Virus record (IMG/VR): IMGVR_UViG_3300029288_006559
Coordinates: 70,293-134,292 of that record
Length of the DNA: 64,000 nucleotides
Source of the DNA: a virus
Lineage: Duplodnaviria; Caudoviricetes
Reading direction: 5' to 3' (one strand)
Positions 46,181 through 56,576 of the stretch are shown here, piece after piece. Position numbers and translations under genes: made by a program. A model generated the notes under the pieces. That model was not told the origin of the DNA. It searched no databases and saw only the letters and a list, made by a program, of their open reading frames with translations. Positions within the stretch are counted from its first letter, which is position 1; the number at the start of each line of letters is the position of its first letter.

Positions 46181-47260
46181 ATGTTTATTAAAGAAGTTTC
46201 TCTAAAGCGTAATGGATTGAGCTGGAAGCTCTACCATTTTGTTTTTCCCTGGGCTCCGAGATACGACAACTACTGTCCATTTTTTTGGCTCACAATACTC
46301 GCGAGCATTCTTTTTCCTATTATCTTTCCTTTTTGGTTATTTTTAAAGCTTATGAAATTCATTACTCGTCTGGTAATTTGGGGTATGGATTTTGTTGGTA
46401 ATAAGTTTGAAAATTTCGTAACAGGATCGCTTGAAAAATGCCTTTTTTCTTTATCAGGAGAAGATACTTTAAAGTTTTTAAGATACAGGGAAAATTTATA
46501 CGACAACGATATTTATGTGCTTCCTGTTTGTGAAAAGAAAAGGTTTGAAAAAATTCGAAAATTATATTGGAAACTATATAGAAGAGCCTCCTATGATGTT
46601 CTAAGCAAGTTAGAAGATAAGGTTAAAAAAGAAAAGGTTAAATTTGATTGGGATCTATACATAAAGCAATTGCAAGACAAACAAGAAGCTTATGAGAAAA
46701 AGCAACTTTTAGAAGACCGGCGTAGAGAAGAGCGTATTAAGAAAATAGAGCAGAAAGCCAAAAATACGGCTAATCATTTGATTCCATTTGCAAAAGTGAT
46801 TTCTGTGATTATCCTTATACCTGTAGCTGCTTTTGTTTGTTGGAAGCTTATATTACTTCTCGGCTGGATTTGGTACTGGATTGCTTACTTCTTTACTAAT
46901 GTTATTAATTACGATAAGCTTTTAGCAGCAATTGTACTTAGTCTTTTATCTATTTTTGTTTTAGCTATATTATGTTCTATTGTCTGGGCTACCTGGATTG
47001 GAGTTAGAAAATTACTTTCCTCCCTCCCCGGAAAAATTAAAGCCCCGAGCTGGTTATGTATTACTAGTCAATGGGCATTGTTTTATGTTTTAAGGCCTTT
47101 AGGGCATTTTATTAGATTCTGTAGTTTAGCTTTCTGGACCATTATTAAGAATATTGGCGGCGGTTTTGGAAAAGGCATCGTATCTTTCTTTAAGTTCTTT
47201 TGGAACATATTTATTGCTTGGAAAGATAAAAATTGTCCGGCTATTATCTGGAGAGATTGA
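46181..47260 (+). CDS. Multi-pass membrane protein
   Basis: Several TM segments; NYCPFFW and KNCPAIIW; start reassigned to ATG 46181 after AAGGA. Confidence 0.65.
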   Translation: MFIKEVSLKRNGLSWKLYHFVFPWAPRYDNYCPFFWLTILASILFPIIFPFWLFLKLMKFITRLVIWGMDFVGNKFENFVTGSLEKCLFSLSGEDTLKFLRYRENLYDNDIYVLPVCEKKRFEKIRKLYWKLYRRASYDVLSKLEDKVKKEKVKFDWDLYIKQLQDKQEAYEKKQLLEDRRREERIKKIEQKAKNTANHLIPFAKVISVIILIPVAAFVCWKLILLLGWIWYWIAYFFTNVINYDKLLAAIVLSLLSIFVLAILCSIVWATWIGVRKLLSSLPGKIKAPSWLCITSQWALFYVLRPLGHFIRFCSLAFWTIIKNIGGGFGKGIVSFFKFFWNIFIAWKDKNCPAIIWRD

Positions 47261-47425
47261 TCAATGCAAACTCCAGGAGAGTTTTTAGCTTCACGTCCTT
47301 TAGAACAACAGCCCCTTGGTTACAGAAGCTTTGGTAATGACTTCTAATGACCAAGCGGCTGTGTATTATTTTAAGACGCACTTAGAAGATTATAAGAAAA
47401 TGAGAAAAGGAGAAGTAGAGGAGAA

Positions 47426-48679
47426 ATGATTTCGATTATCATACCTACTCGTTTAGGGGTGCAACATTCCGGAACGCTAAAAGAATGTCTTCAGAGTATC
47501 TGCGACTATACTGATCTTTCAGAAGGCGTAGAAATTATCATAGTGGCTAATGGTTGTAACACAGCTACTCACCTTTATTTGCATGCCCTACCCGTTCCTT
47601 TCTTTTATCTCTGGTATCCCGAACCTTTAGGATTTGCTAAAGCAGTAAATATTGGGATACAAAATTGTAAAGGAGATTATATTGTTATTCTTAATGATGA
47701 TATTATCTTGCTTTCACAGACAAGAAATAATTGGATACAAAGATTGTCAGCTCCTTTTAAAGACCCTCAGATAAAAGCATGTGGAGTCGTAGGTATACAT
47801 TCTTTGATTGATCCTATTACAAAGGCTCTCTTTGTTCCTTACTACTGTGTTATGTTTCGCAAGGATGTTTTTGATAAGGTAGGATTACTAGATGAGCAAT
47901 TTAATTTAGGAGGGTGTGAAGATATTGATCATTGTGTAAGAATACAAGAGGCAGGTTATTGTGTAGTAAGCGTTGCGAGACGTTTACACGTAGAAAGAGA
48001 GCAAATGGTCGGGGATTTTCCTATTTATCACTATGCAGAAAAAACCGCTCAAACAATTCCTAATTGGAATGATAATTTTCAAAAGAATCAAGAGCTTTTG
48101 AAAAAGAAATGGGAAAAGTACCTTTTTAAAGTAGTTGTAAAAACAGAAGAAGAGGCCGGCGAAAATACTTGTATCGAAAAGCCCCCTCCGCTCCCCCTTC
48201 CCTTGAAGCTTAACATAGGCTGCGGTGATATGGTTATTCCAGGGTGGATTGGTGTAGATAAATATTACGAAAAAGCTGACCAACAATGGGATGCGATTGA
48301 TTTACCTTTACCAAAAAATAGTGTTGATGAGATATATTCTAGCCACTTAATAGAACATTTTCACTTCCACGATGGGGAAAAGGTTTTAAAAGAGTGGTAT
48401 AGAGTCTTAAAGCCCGGTGGAATTCTTACTATTGAAACCCCCGATCTATTAGCTACGTGTAAAAAGTTTGTAGAGTCTGATGAACAAGGAAGAATTGCTT
48501 TGTATCCCCAACTTTTTGGTTATCCTTGGGATAAAGGTCAAACCCACTTATTTGTATATACTCCAACACAATTACGGTGGTCGCTAGAGCAAATAGGTTT
48601 TAAAGATATACATCAAGAGCCCGCTTTAAGGTGGACAAATATTGTCGATACATGTATGAAATTTGTATGTAAAAAGTGA
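47426..48679 (+). CDS. GT2 glycosyltransferase fused to a class I SAM methyltransferase
   Basis: ISIIIPT, LNDD, EDID; LNIGCG, SHLIEH, RVLKPGG. Confidence 0.88.
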   Translation: MISIIIPTRLGVQHSGTLKECLQSICDYTDLSEGVEIIIVANGCNTATHLYLHALPVPFFYLWYPEPLGFAKAVNIGIQNCKGDYIVILNDDIILLSQTRNNWIQRLSAPFKDPQIKACGVVGIHSLIDPITKALFVPYYCVMFRKDVFDKVGLLDEQFNLGGCEDIDHCVRIQEAGYCVVSVARRLHVEREQMVGDFPIYHYAEKTAQTIPNWNDNFQKNQELLKKKWEKYLFKVVVKTEEEAGENTCIEKPPPLPLPLKLNIGCGDMVIPGWIGVDKYYEKADQQWDAIDLPLPKNSVDEIYSSHLIEHFHFHDGEKVLKEWYRVLKPGGILTIETPDLLATCKKFVESDEQGRIALYPQLFGYPWDKGQTHLFVYTPTQLRWSLEQIGFKDIHQEPALRWTNIVDTCMKFVCKK

Positions 48680-48710
48680 GGTTAGAAAAAATAAATAACA
48701 GGAGGATGTT

Positions 48711-49292
48711 ATGGATTTAAGTGAAGAAAAAAGCAATTTGATATTTTTAATATTGAAATATTATAAATTTAATATTGATAAAATAAAGGAAAAAATATAT
48801 AGCCATTTTTCCAGTTATATACTGGATGCTATTTATATTAATCCTGGAACTAATGCAGTTGATATATTTTTACGACCTACTCAGAAAAAAGATACTAGAA
48901 AAACACCCATAGCTGTTAGGATTGCTTTTAACAAATTTTCTGAAATAGTTCTTTATAAAGAATATAAAAATGGATTCATTTGCAATGACTGGAATAAATA
49001 TTTAAAAGATAGACAATATGATGAATTTGAATTATTTTTGAAACACTTTGGAAAAGGAATAAAAATATTTACTCAATCTTTTCAAAAAGTAAAGCTTGTC
49101 CAATTACCAGAAGATGAACAGTACGTAGAAGCTTCAGATAAAAATTATTTAAAATGCATTGCGAAATGTCTTGGAGCAAATGCTATAATGAATTTTCAAG
49201 GAAAAGACGGTTATGTTATAGAAGAAGACATGGAAGGTACTCCTTTTTCAAGAGACATCTCTCTTTTTAGAGGTGTTCCTATTGTATTGTAA
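48711..49292 (+). CDS. Hypothetical protein
   Basis: GGAGG RBS; very AT-rich. Confidence 0.55.
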   Translation: MDLSEEKSNLIFLILKYYKFNIDKIKEKIYSHFSSYILDAIYINPGTNAVDIFLRPTQKKDTRKTPIAVRIAFNKFSEIVLYKEYKNGFICNDWNKYLKDRQYDEFELFLKHFGKGIKIFTQSFQKVKLVQLPEDEQYVEASDKNYLKCIAKCLGANAIMNFQGKDGYVIEEDMEGTPFSRDISLFRGVPIVL

Positions 49293-49335
49293 TAACAGAA
49301 TATCGGAAATTTGTTTGTAAGAAATAGGAAAGGAT

Positions 49336-49692
49336 ATGAATATAAGAAAATTGGTTATGGATTTAGAAGATGTAAAGGATGATGCCGCATGTAAATGTAA
49401 CGTAGAAGATGTAGTAGAAAAGTTGAGTTACATTATAACTGAACTTAAACTAACAAAGGAATATAAGCAAGAACAACAGCAATTACCTATAGAATTAACT
49501 GAAGAATATACTAATCGTATAAAGAGAGACGAAGACTTGGTTAGGTCTTTTTCTGCGAAACCTACAGCCTGTAAATATATAAACAAGTTTCTTGCTTATA
49601 TAGAAGAAGAATTCAATATGAAAATCACTCAAGCAAATTACATGCTACTCGCATATAAAGGAGGAAAACATGCCAAGCGGAAAAAACATTAG
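49336..49692 (+). CDS. Hypothetical protein
   Basis: AAGGA RBS. Confidence 0.55.
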   Translation: MNIRKLVMDLEDVKDDAACKCNVEDVVEKLSYIITELKLTKEYKQEQQQLPIELTEEYTNRIKRDEDLVRSFSAKPTACKYINKFLAYIEEEFNMKITQANYMLLAYKGGKHAKRKKH

Positions 49693-49834
49693 TTCACAGT
49701 ATCCAAACGGGTTAAGAAGAATTACAGCTGAAGGTAAATTAGCTCCGAAATCTCTCAGGAAAAAGCATCGTTTGGAAAAAGATTGTACTGATGCAGAATT
49801 AGCTAAGATAAAAATCAAGAGAGAGGATACATAA
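49670..49834 (+). CDS. Small basic protein (54 aa, not in the ORF track)
   Basis: AAGGAGG RBS; MPSGKNISSQY... Confidence 0.5.
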   Translation: MPSGKNISSQYPNGLRRITAEGKLAPKSLRKKHRLEKDCTDAELAKIKIKREDT

Positions 49835-50005
49835 AATGAATAGAAACATAACTAAAATAGAATTTATGGTCGAGTATGGGGGCGATAACTCTGTATTACC
49901 TGATTCAGTGTTGACTTTAAAAGTAATAGCGCATGCTACTTTTATAGCAGATTTGGAAAAGGCAATTTCCGTAATTTTGGCTAAACATAATTAATAGGAG
50001 AAAAA

Positions 50006-50362
50006 ATGAAACATTCTGAAATTTTACGTGCTCGAAGGAAGGCGCGGCAAATAGGGAAAAATAGAGCTCCTTTGCTTTGTAAAAAGAAAAGGTTAGCTTG
50101 GTCAAAACCTTCGGAAAAAGAGGTAAAGCTTCGAAGAACAAATCCAGATAAAGATACATTGGATAGATTACATTTTGGTAATTTTTCACCTTATAAAACA
50201 TTACCTAAAACTATCGATTTAGGAATAAACCGTCAAGCTTCTATGGAACATTCGCGATGTAGTGTAATTAGGTTCCCTTGGAGATCCCAAAAGGAGGAAA
50301 AAGAGGAGAGGCGAAAGCAGCGAGAAAAAGAACATCTAGCTTTGGAAAGAAAAAGAGGCTAA
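50006..50362 (+). CDS. Basic hypothetical protein
   Basis: AGGAG RBS. Confidence 0.55.
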   Translation: MKHSEILRARRKARQIGKNRAPLLCKKKRLAWSKPSEKEVKLRRTNPDKDTLDRLHFGNFSPYKTLPKTIDLGINRQASMEHSRCSVIRFPWRSQKEEKEERRKQREKEHLALERKRG

Positions 50363-50386
50363 TATCGTTAGTATTTTTAAAATTTA

Positions 50387-50399
50387 ACGTGTATATTAT
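50387..50399 (+). promoter_or_regulatory. Promoter-like motif copy
   Basis: ACGTGTATATTAT, intergenic. Confidence 0.6.
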
Positions 50400-50434
50400 A
50401 GTAATAAAGTAAGAAAAAAAACTATAGGAGATGT

Positions 50435-50896
50435 ATGATGATAAATGAATATTCCCACCTTTATCTTTACGCCAAAGGTCATTACCTAAAAAGCGATGTG
50501 ATAGAAGATTTGAGGCGCATTTGCGGGCCTATCTGCGGTATTGATCCCTGGGATATGTCAATAGATGACGTTATGCATTGGTGCCTTAAAGTTGCTTGCA
50601 AGCATATGCGGGAAGAGAAAAGGGATCTGTTAGATATTTTTAGAGATTTTTTAGGAGATATCTCCCCGGATAATTGCTGGAGGGTTGGGTACTATACAAA
50701 ACATGCGTCGTGGGCTAAAGAAAGACTAACTGCTCCTTACATTTTTGAGAAGGCTGTTATTTATAAATGCTTAAGTATAATTATGATGGTTTCGGTAAAA
50801 GAACCTAAAACAGGTAAAATTCTTCTTGCTTTAGATGAACCCGATTCTAATATTCTTCCTTTAAACAAAAAAGCAAAGGAGCTACAACGTGTTTGA
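50435..50896 (+). CDS. Hypothetical protein
   Basis: AGGAG RBS. Confidence 0.6.
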   Translation: MMINEYSHLYLYAKGHYLKSDVIEDLRRICGPICGIDPWDMSIDDVMHWCLKVACKHMREEKRDLLDIFRDFLGDISPDNCWRVGYYTKHASWAKERLTAPYIFEKAVIYKCLSIIMMVSVKEPKTGKILLALDEPDSNILPLNKKAKELQRV

Positions 50897-51035
50897 AAGT
50901 GAACGGATTATTACAATTACAATATCTTCTTTTCGTCATAGACTAAAAGCTGCTTGGAGATTACTTGTTTTTGGGCGAATAAAAGTTAAGGCAAAGTAAA
51001 TTTTTTGGTATAGGATAAAAGCGAGTAGAATAGTT

Positions 51036-51644
51036 ATGAAGACTGTAACTAAAAAAGAATTGAAGCTAATTGAACGACTAAATACTCCAGTAAAAGTACA
51101 AGAATATCTAAATCGTTTTATTAAGTACGACGCCGGGGAAACAGTTAAATCTTTTAGAAGAGTTGTAAGGACAAAAAAAGCTCATTGTTTGGAAGGAGCT
51201 TTATTTGCTGCTGCAATTCTTCAGCACCATAATTATCCACCCCTTCTTCTGTGTATGGAAGCTCGAGATATGGATCATATTATTTTTGTGTATAGGGATA
51301 ATAACAATGGGTTGTGGGGGGCTGTAGGGCAGGCTCAACATAAAGAATTAAAAGGCAGAGAACCTGTGTTTGCGAACTTTAGAGAACTTGTGATGGATTA
51401 CTATCCTCATTATTTTAATATGTATTCTAAAAAGCCGGATAAAGAAACTGATATCACATTAAGGGGGTATGCTATTGTTGATCTAGAAATATTTGAATTT
51501 AAGCGTGACTGGATAATACAAGAAGAAGAATTAGAGGCTGTGAATTCTTATTTATATGATGTTCCGTATCGTTGGTTATTTCCAAAAAATAAAGATAGCT
51601 TGTTTTATAGATGTGATGATAAAGGTGTAATTACAAACTTATAA
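51036..51644 (+). CDS. Transglutaminase-like cysteine protease fold protein
   Basis: AHCLEGALFAAA, DHIIFVY, WGAV. Confidence 0.65.
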   Translation: MKTVTKKELKLIERLNTPVKVQEYLNRFIKYDAGETVKSFRRVVRTKKAHCLEGALFAAAILQHHNYPPLLLCMEARDMDHIIFVYRDNNNGLWGAVGQAQHKELKGREPVFANFRELVMDYYPHYFNMYSKKPDKETDITLRGYAIVDLEIFEFKRDWIIQEEELEAVNSYLYDVPYRWLFPKNKDSLFYRCDDKGVITNL

Positions 51645-51668
51645 TAATCATAATAGTGGAGGTCAGAA

Positions 51669-52202
51669 ATGTTTACAATAAATTTTATATTGCTTGCAAT
51701 ATCTATTACAGGAGTTATTTTCTTTAATGGCTCTAAAGAAGGTACAAGAAGGGGGGCGTTATCGGTTTTTTTTGGTGTTTGTACAGCTGTTTTGATTGTA
51801 TTTCTATGTAGTTTAACAGTTATAAATGGAAAACAGTATTGTATAGTTTTAGATACGACATCAAAGCTTTCTGTCATCAAACAAAAAATCGAAATACAAC
51901 AATCTCAAGTAAGAAATGTCTTAACTCAACTCCAATGCGAAGTTGACAAATACCTAAAACACGAAAAATCTACGTTAACTAACCTTACTCCTCAAAATAT
52001 TGACCTACTCTTTGTTCATTATCCTCAATTAGCAAGCGCTCCAACTGTAACTAAACTGATGGATGAAATAAGATCTCTTAATAAAGGATATTATGATTAT
52101 TTAATACAAGAACAAGATTTTATAGCAGAACTTAGGAGTATCAAAAACAATATTTTTTATCGTTTTCCCGTTGAAATGCCAGAATCAAATATACCGAAAT
52201 AA
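51669..52202 (+). CDS. Membrane protein, LemA-like
   Basis: Two TM helices, coiled coil, YPQLAS...LMDEI. Confidence 0.45.
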   Translation: MFTINFILLAISITGVIFFNGSKEGTRRGALSVFFGVCTAVLIVFLCSLTVINGKQYCIVLDTTSKLSVIKQKIEIQQSQVRNVLTQLQCEVDKYLKHEKSTLTNLTPQNIDLLFVHYPQLASAPTVTKLMDEIRSLNKGYYDYLIQEQDFIAELRSIKNNIFYRFPVEMPESNIPK

Positions 52203-52219
52203 TTATTAAGGAACTCTCA

Positions 52220-52573
52220 ATGAAATATATTTTATTGTTAGTGGTTATTTTAGCTTCAAATATTTGTATTGCTCAGTATAATAAACCTTCTATCTATGTG
52301 GATAATAGATATTCTAATATAACAAAAGTAACTTTTTCTCCAAACTGGGGGATAATATCTGTACAAAGACATTCTACAGGGTGGATTGATACGACTATTT
52401 TCCATTACCCTGCCGCTGCTACAGTGACGAGACAAATGAAAAATATACAACAACACGAAGGTCATTGTTATACTGTTACGTTTAAAAGTGAGTCTGATTA
52501 TTATACAACTACTATTTGGTGCTCTAGTGAAAACATAGAATGGTCTTCGAAAAAAGGTCAGAAGTATGAGTAA
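52220..52573 (+). CDS. Secreted hypothetical protein
   Basis: Signal-peptide-like N-terminus. Confidence 0.5.
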   Translation: MKYILLLVVILASNICIAQYNKPSIYVDNRYSNITKVTFSPNWGIISVQRHSTGWIDTTIFHYPAAATVTRQMKNIQQHEGHCYTVTFKSESDYYTTTIWCSSENIEWSSKKGQKYE

Positions 52574-52743
52574 GTTAGTTATAAAATCATACGATGAAGA
52601 ATACGATTTTCCTTCTCGTGCAGGAAACGATCTGGAAAAATTTCTGGAGGGTTTGAAATTAGATACCTTCAATGAAGAGTATGTAGTAACTATAATCGTT
52701 GATAAAGTAGGTATATCAGAGGCATAATAAAAGGAGTTTTAAT

Positions 52744-53403
52744 ATGTTACCAGAAATAAAACCAGGGTATTTAATTGTAGGAAACGGACATGATCTGACG
52801 TCTAAAATACAGCATATTTGCAACGGGAAAGCCTTGGATGGTTATTATGCAACACATGGATGCAATGCAACTTGGTCTCTAGGGTGGTTCTATTTGAAAT
52901 CTATGTTATTATCTGCCGAATATAATGGAGTTGTACATATATATTGGGATAAATTTTACAATGATGATCCAACTTACGATATATGGATTTATGAGATGTT
53001 AGGGGTACCGCAGCATTCCCTTATAAAGTCTTTAGACCATTGTGAGAAAGAGTTTTTAAATGATAAATATGCTTATTTATCATGGCCCTGGTTTGCATAT
53101 GCTGCGATCATCAGAAGGGTTATTAATCCGGTACTGAAGTTCTTTCATATAAAACAAATCAACATTGATAAAGAGCATAATTGGTATTTTAAAGACTGCT
53201 TCTGCACACAACAATGTTGGACTCTTATAGATAAAGCTTCTGAGGATTGTATTGGAGAAGAGTTCAAAGAGATGAGAAAGGAGCTGATGCAGTATTTTCC
53301 AGACACATTTCAACCTGTGCAGTATAAGAATTTGTTACTGAATCATCCTAAGGTCTTTAAATTAAAATTTCAACGAGTAAACGGAATAGAACAAATATTT
53401 TAA
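52744..53403 (+). CDS. Permuted papain-like NlpC/P60 (YiiX-like) enzyme
   Basis: N-terminal THG, central KY, C-terminal FCTQ (His before Cys). Confidence 0.55.
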   Translation: MLPEIKPGYLIVGNGHDLTSKIQHICNGKALDGYYATHGCNATWSLGWFYLKSMLLSAEYNGVVHIYWDKFYNDDPTYDIWIYEMLGVPQHSLIKSLDHCEKEFLNDKYAYLSWPWFAYAAIIRRVINPVLKFFHIKQINIDKEHNWYFKDCFCTQQCWTLIDKASEDCIGEEFKEMRKELMQYFPDTFQPVQYKNLLLNHPKVFKLKFQRVNGIEQIF

Positions 53404-53416
53404 AAGGAGATATATT

Positions 53417-53602
53417 ATGTTATATTTATATATAGGAATAGCTTGGTATATATTTGGTGTATTTGGATTTCTTATTCATTGGGAAAGATCTGATATAAAC
53501 ATTGAAAGTATTTTACTTTGTTTATTTCTTTCTCTTTTGGGTCCTTTTACTTGGTTGTTAGTAAATATAATTTGGGATAAATCTAAATATATGATACCCT
53601 AG
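53417..53602 (+). CDS. Small membrane protein
   Basis: Two hydrophobic helices; AGGAG RBS. Confidence 0.55.
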   Translation: MLYLYIGIAWYIFGVFGFLIHWERSDINIESILLCLFLSLLGPFTWLLVNIIWDKSKYMIP

Positions 53603-53627
53603 GAGGTTATATTGAATGGAGGAGTGA

Positions 53628-54797
53628 ATGAAGTATATAAATGAAGAAAATGCATTAATAATACAGAGCTGGTGTGATAACCCTGAAGAAGGGGCTATCG
53701 AACAAGCTAAAAATTTAGCAAGGCTTCCCTTTGCTTTCAAACAGATCTGTCTTATGCCCGATACGCATCAGGGTTATGGAATGCCTATTGGAGGTGTATT
53801 AGCTACAGAAAATGTTGTGGTGCCGAATGCGGTTGGGGTTGATATAGGTTGCGGCATGTGCTCAGTTATGACTTCTCTAAGACCGGAAGATCTAAGTAAA
53901 GAAACTTTAAAGAAAATAATGGGAGAAATTCGTAAAGCGATTCCGGTAGGGTTTGCTCATCATCAGAAAAAACAAGACTTTGATCTTATGCCAGACGGTG
54001 ATCTTTGTCCGGATTATTTTCCTGTTGTATATAGAGAACGGGAAAATGCTCTAACTCAGATTGGGACTCTTGGTGGGGGAAATCATTTTATTGAAATACA
54101 AAAAGATGAAACTTACGTTTGGGTTATGATACATTCTGGAAGTCGTAATTTAGGAAAACAAGTAGCCGATTATTATAATAAAGCAGCCGTAGAAATTAAT
54201 GAAAAATACTTCAGTAAAGTGCCAAAGGAATGGCAGCTGGCTTTTCTACCCATTCATGATAAGATAGGAGATTGTTATCTATCTGAGATGCAGTATTGTG
54301 TAGACTTTGCCTTTGCTAATAGAAAACTTATGATGGATAGAATATGCGAGATTATAGGTACTGAGACTAATGCTGCATTCTTTCCTATGATTAATATTGC
54401 TCATAACTATGCTAGAATGGAAAATCATTTTGGTAAAAATGTTCTTATTCATAGAAAAGGGGCTACCTCTGCAAAAGAAGGGGAGGTAGGTTTAATTCCT
54501 GGATCCCAAGGAACCTGCAGTTATATTGTAAAAGGTAAAGGAAATCCGAAGAGTTTTATGTCTTGCTCTCACGGGGCTGGGAGGCGTATTGGAAGGAAAG
54601 AGGCTCAAAGGACGTTGAATCTAGAAGAAGAAAAACGTAAATTAGATGAGTTAGGAGTTATACATGCTGTAAGAAACACAGATGATCTAGATGAAGCTCC
54701 TGGGTCATATAAAAATATAGATCTAGTGATGAGAGAACAAGAAGATTTAGTGGAAATTATTACAAAACTAACTCCATTAGCAGTTATAAAAGGATAG
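53628..54797 (+). CDS. rtcB: RtcB RNA ligase
   Basis: MPDTHQG, VGVDIGCG, GTLGGGNHFIE, HSGSR, HNY, HRKGA, HGAGR, DEAPGSYK. Confidence 0.97.
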   Translation: MKYINEENALIIQSWCDNPEEGAIEQAKNLARLPFAFKQICLMPDTHQGYGMPIGGVLATENVVVPNAVGVDIGCGMCSVMTSLRPEDLSKETLKKIMGEIRKAIPVGFAHHQKKQDFDLMPDGDLCPDYFPVVYRERENALTQIGTLGGGNHFIEIQKDETYVWVMIHSGSRNLGKQVADYYNKAAVEINEKYFSKVPKEWQLAFLPIHDKIGDCYLSEMQYCVDFAFANRKLMMDRICEIIGTETNAAFFPMINIAHNYARMENHFGKNVLIHRKGATSAKEGEVGLIPGSQGTCSYIVKGKGNPKSFMSCSHGAGRRIGRKEAQRTLNLEEEKRKLDELGVIHAVRNTDDLDEAPGSYKNIDLVMREQEDLVEIITKLTPLAVIKG

Positions 54798-54800
54798 ATA

Positions 54801-55133
54801 ATGAGAAAGATTATAGGTAACGAACCAAAGGGCATAAAAAATAATAACATTCAATACATTCATGATGTAGCGGAAGATATTATAAAATCTTTTTCTTATA
54901 CAGAAATGAAGAAGGTAAATTTTAAAAAGGTAAATTTGAATTATCTTTTCAAGAAGTTTTATTCTATAATGAGAAAGCATGGTATAAAAAGAGGAATAAA
55001 GGTAGAAGGAGGGACTCAGGGATCGACCCCTGAATGGGTTATGTGTAAAACTCTATTTCTATCTATGCTGGAATCTGAATTGTATTTTCAACTTCTTTTA
55101 GGAGAACCTCCAAAAGATCTAAGGCACTATTAA
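54801..55133 (+). CDS. Hypothetical protein
   Basis: ORF with RBS. Confidence 0.5.
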   Translation: MRKIIGNEPKGIKNNNIQYIHDVAEDIIKSFSYTEMKKVNFKKVNLNYLFKKFYSIMRKHGIKRGIKVEGGTQGSTPEWVMCKTLFLSMLESELYFQLLLGEPPKDLRHY

Positions 55134-55152
55134 TAATATAATGAGGATTAAC

Positions 55153-55374
55153 ATGAGTGACGATCATAAAGGACATATTTGGTATGAAGAAGACGAAAAA
55201 CCGGGGATTTTTGTTTGCAAACAAGATCCATCTACACTTCCCTCTCCTACACAATGTAAAAATTTCTGCCCTAATTGTGGTAGCGGGGATTTGGATCTTA
55301 GGAGAGAAACTGTCTTCGGAACTCCTGCATACATAGTTAGAGCAAGGTGTAGAAATTGTGGACATGTTTTTTAA
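55153..55374 (+). CDS. Zinc-ribbon protein
   Basis: CPNCG...CRNCG. Confidence 0.55.
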   Translation: MSDDHKGHIWYEEDEKPGIFVCKQDPSTLPSPTQCKNFCPNCGSGDLDLRRETVFGTPAYIVRARCRNCGHVF

Positions 55375-55386
55375 GGGGGGGTATAT

Positions 55387-55584
55387 ATGCCAAATGACTC
55401 AAATATGTATGAAGACTCTCGTGAAGGAATGTTAACTGAGTACTCCGAAAAAATTTTAGCCGAGTTTATGTTGGATCCTGAAACTGAGAGGTTAAAGGGA
55501 CATTTGCATCAGCATTTTATTAGAGGATTTATATCAGATGTTATAGATCGTGTAATAGAAAATCCGGAGAAATACAGAATATGA
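55387..55584 (+). CDS. Hypothetical protein
   Basis: Coupled ORF. Confidence 0.5.
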   Translation: MPNDSNMYEDSREGMLTEYSEKILAEFMLDPETERLKGHLHQHFIRGFISDVIDRVIENPEKYRI

Positions 55585-56576
55585 TAGAAGATCTAAAGCA
55601 AATAGGTTTCTACACTCTTTCTAATGAAAGGGCAAAGAATTCTTCTCCTGTATCTCAAATGAAGAGATGTGAGATGATTATTACAGAATACTGTAATTTT
55701 AAATGCCCATATTGTAGGAAATTATCTCCTTGGATATATGGAGATAGACATATTAAAGAATTGGACCTTGAAGAGATAAGAAGGAACATCGATTATTGGT
55801 GCGAATTCGAACCTTTGGAAAATATTCGTTTTTCTGGGGGAGAACCTACTCTTCATAAAAGAATAAGTGATATAATTGCTTATGCAAAATTTAAAGGAAT
55901 AAAACGGATTGCAGTATCGACAAATGGCTCTAATAAGCTTGATTTATATAAAGAGTTGATAGAGTTGGGTTGCAATGATTTTTCTATCTCTTTAGACGCT
56001 TGCTGCGCTTCTGACGGGGATGTGATGGCTGGAGATATAAAAGGGGCTTTTGATAAAGTGGTTGCTAATATAAAAGCTTTGTCAGAGCTTACTTACGTTA
56101 CTGTAGGTGTTGTTCTCACTCCGGAAACAGTAAGTAAAATAGTTGATATTATTAATTATGCAGATTCTTTAGGAGTAGCAGATATAAGAATTATATCAGC
56201 AGCTCAGTGGAATGGCCCTATAAAAGAACTTGAAAAAGTTCCTGAAGAAGTGCTTGAACGACATCCTATCCTTCGTTATAGAGTTATGAATTTTCTTATA
56301 GGTAGGAATGTAAGGGGGATAAAAGAAACAGATACCACACATTGCGGTCTTGTCCTCGACGACTCTATTATTGCAGGAGATTATCATTTTCCTTGTGTGA
56401 TTTATATGAGAGAGAAAGGAGCGGCAATTGGAAAAGTATCCTCTTCTATGCGACAGGAGAGAGTGAAGTGGTTTCAAGAGCATAATTGTTTCGAAGATGA
56501 AATTTGTAGGACCAACTGTCTAGATATCTGCATTGACTACAACAACAAATATGCAGAATACCACAAAGAAGATTGA
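55581..56576 (+). CDS. Radical SAM enzyme with C-terminal Cys cluster
   Basis: CNFKCPYC, FSGGEP, STNG, ISLD, CRTNCLDIC. Confidence 0.9.
   Translation: MIEDLKQIGFYTLSNERAKNSSPVSQMKRCEMIITEYCNFKCPYCRKLSPWIYGDRHIKELDLEEIRRNIDYWCEFEPLENIRFSGGEPTLHKRISDIIAYAKFKGIKRIAVSTNGSNKLDLYKELIELGCNDFSISLDACCASDGDVMAGDIKGAFDKVVANIKALSELTYVTVGVVLTPETVSKIVDIINYADSLGVADIRIISAAQWNGPIKELEKVPEEVLERHPILRYRVMNFLIGRNVRGIKETDTTHCGLVLDDSIIAGDYHFPCVIYMREKGAAIGKVSSSMRQERVKWFQEHNCFEDEICRTNCLDICIDYNNKYAEYHKED

Noticed and set aside
55581-56576. Radical SAM enzyme as QueE or MoaA
   Set aside because: Too long and Cys-rich at the C-terminus for QueE and lacks the C-terminal GG of MoaA; left unassigned
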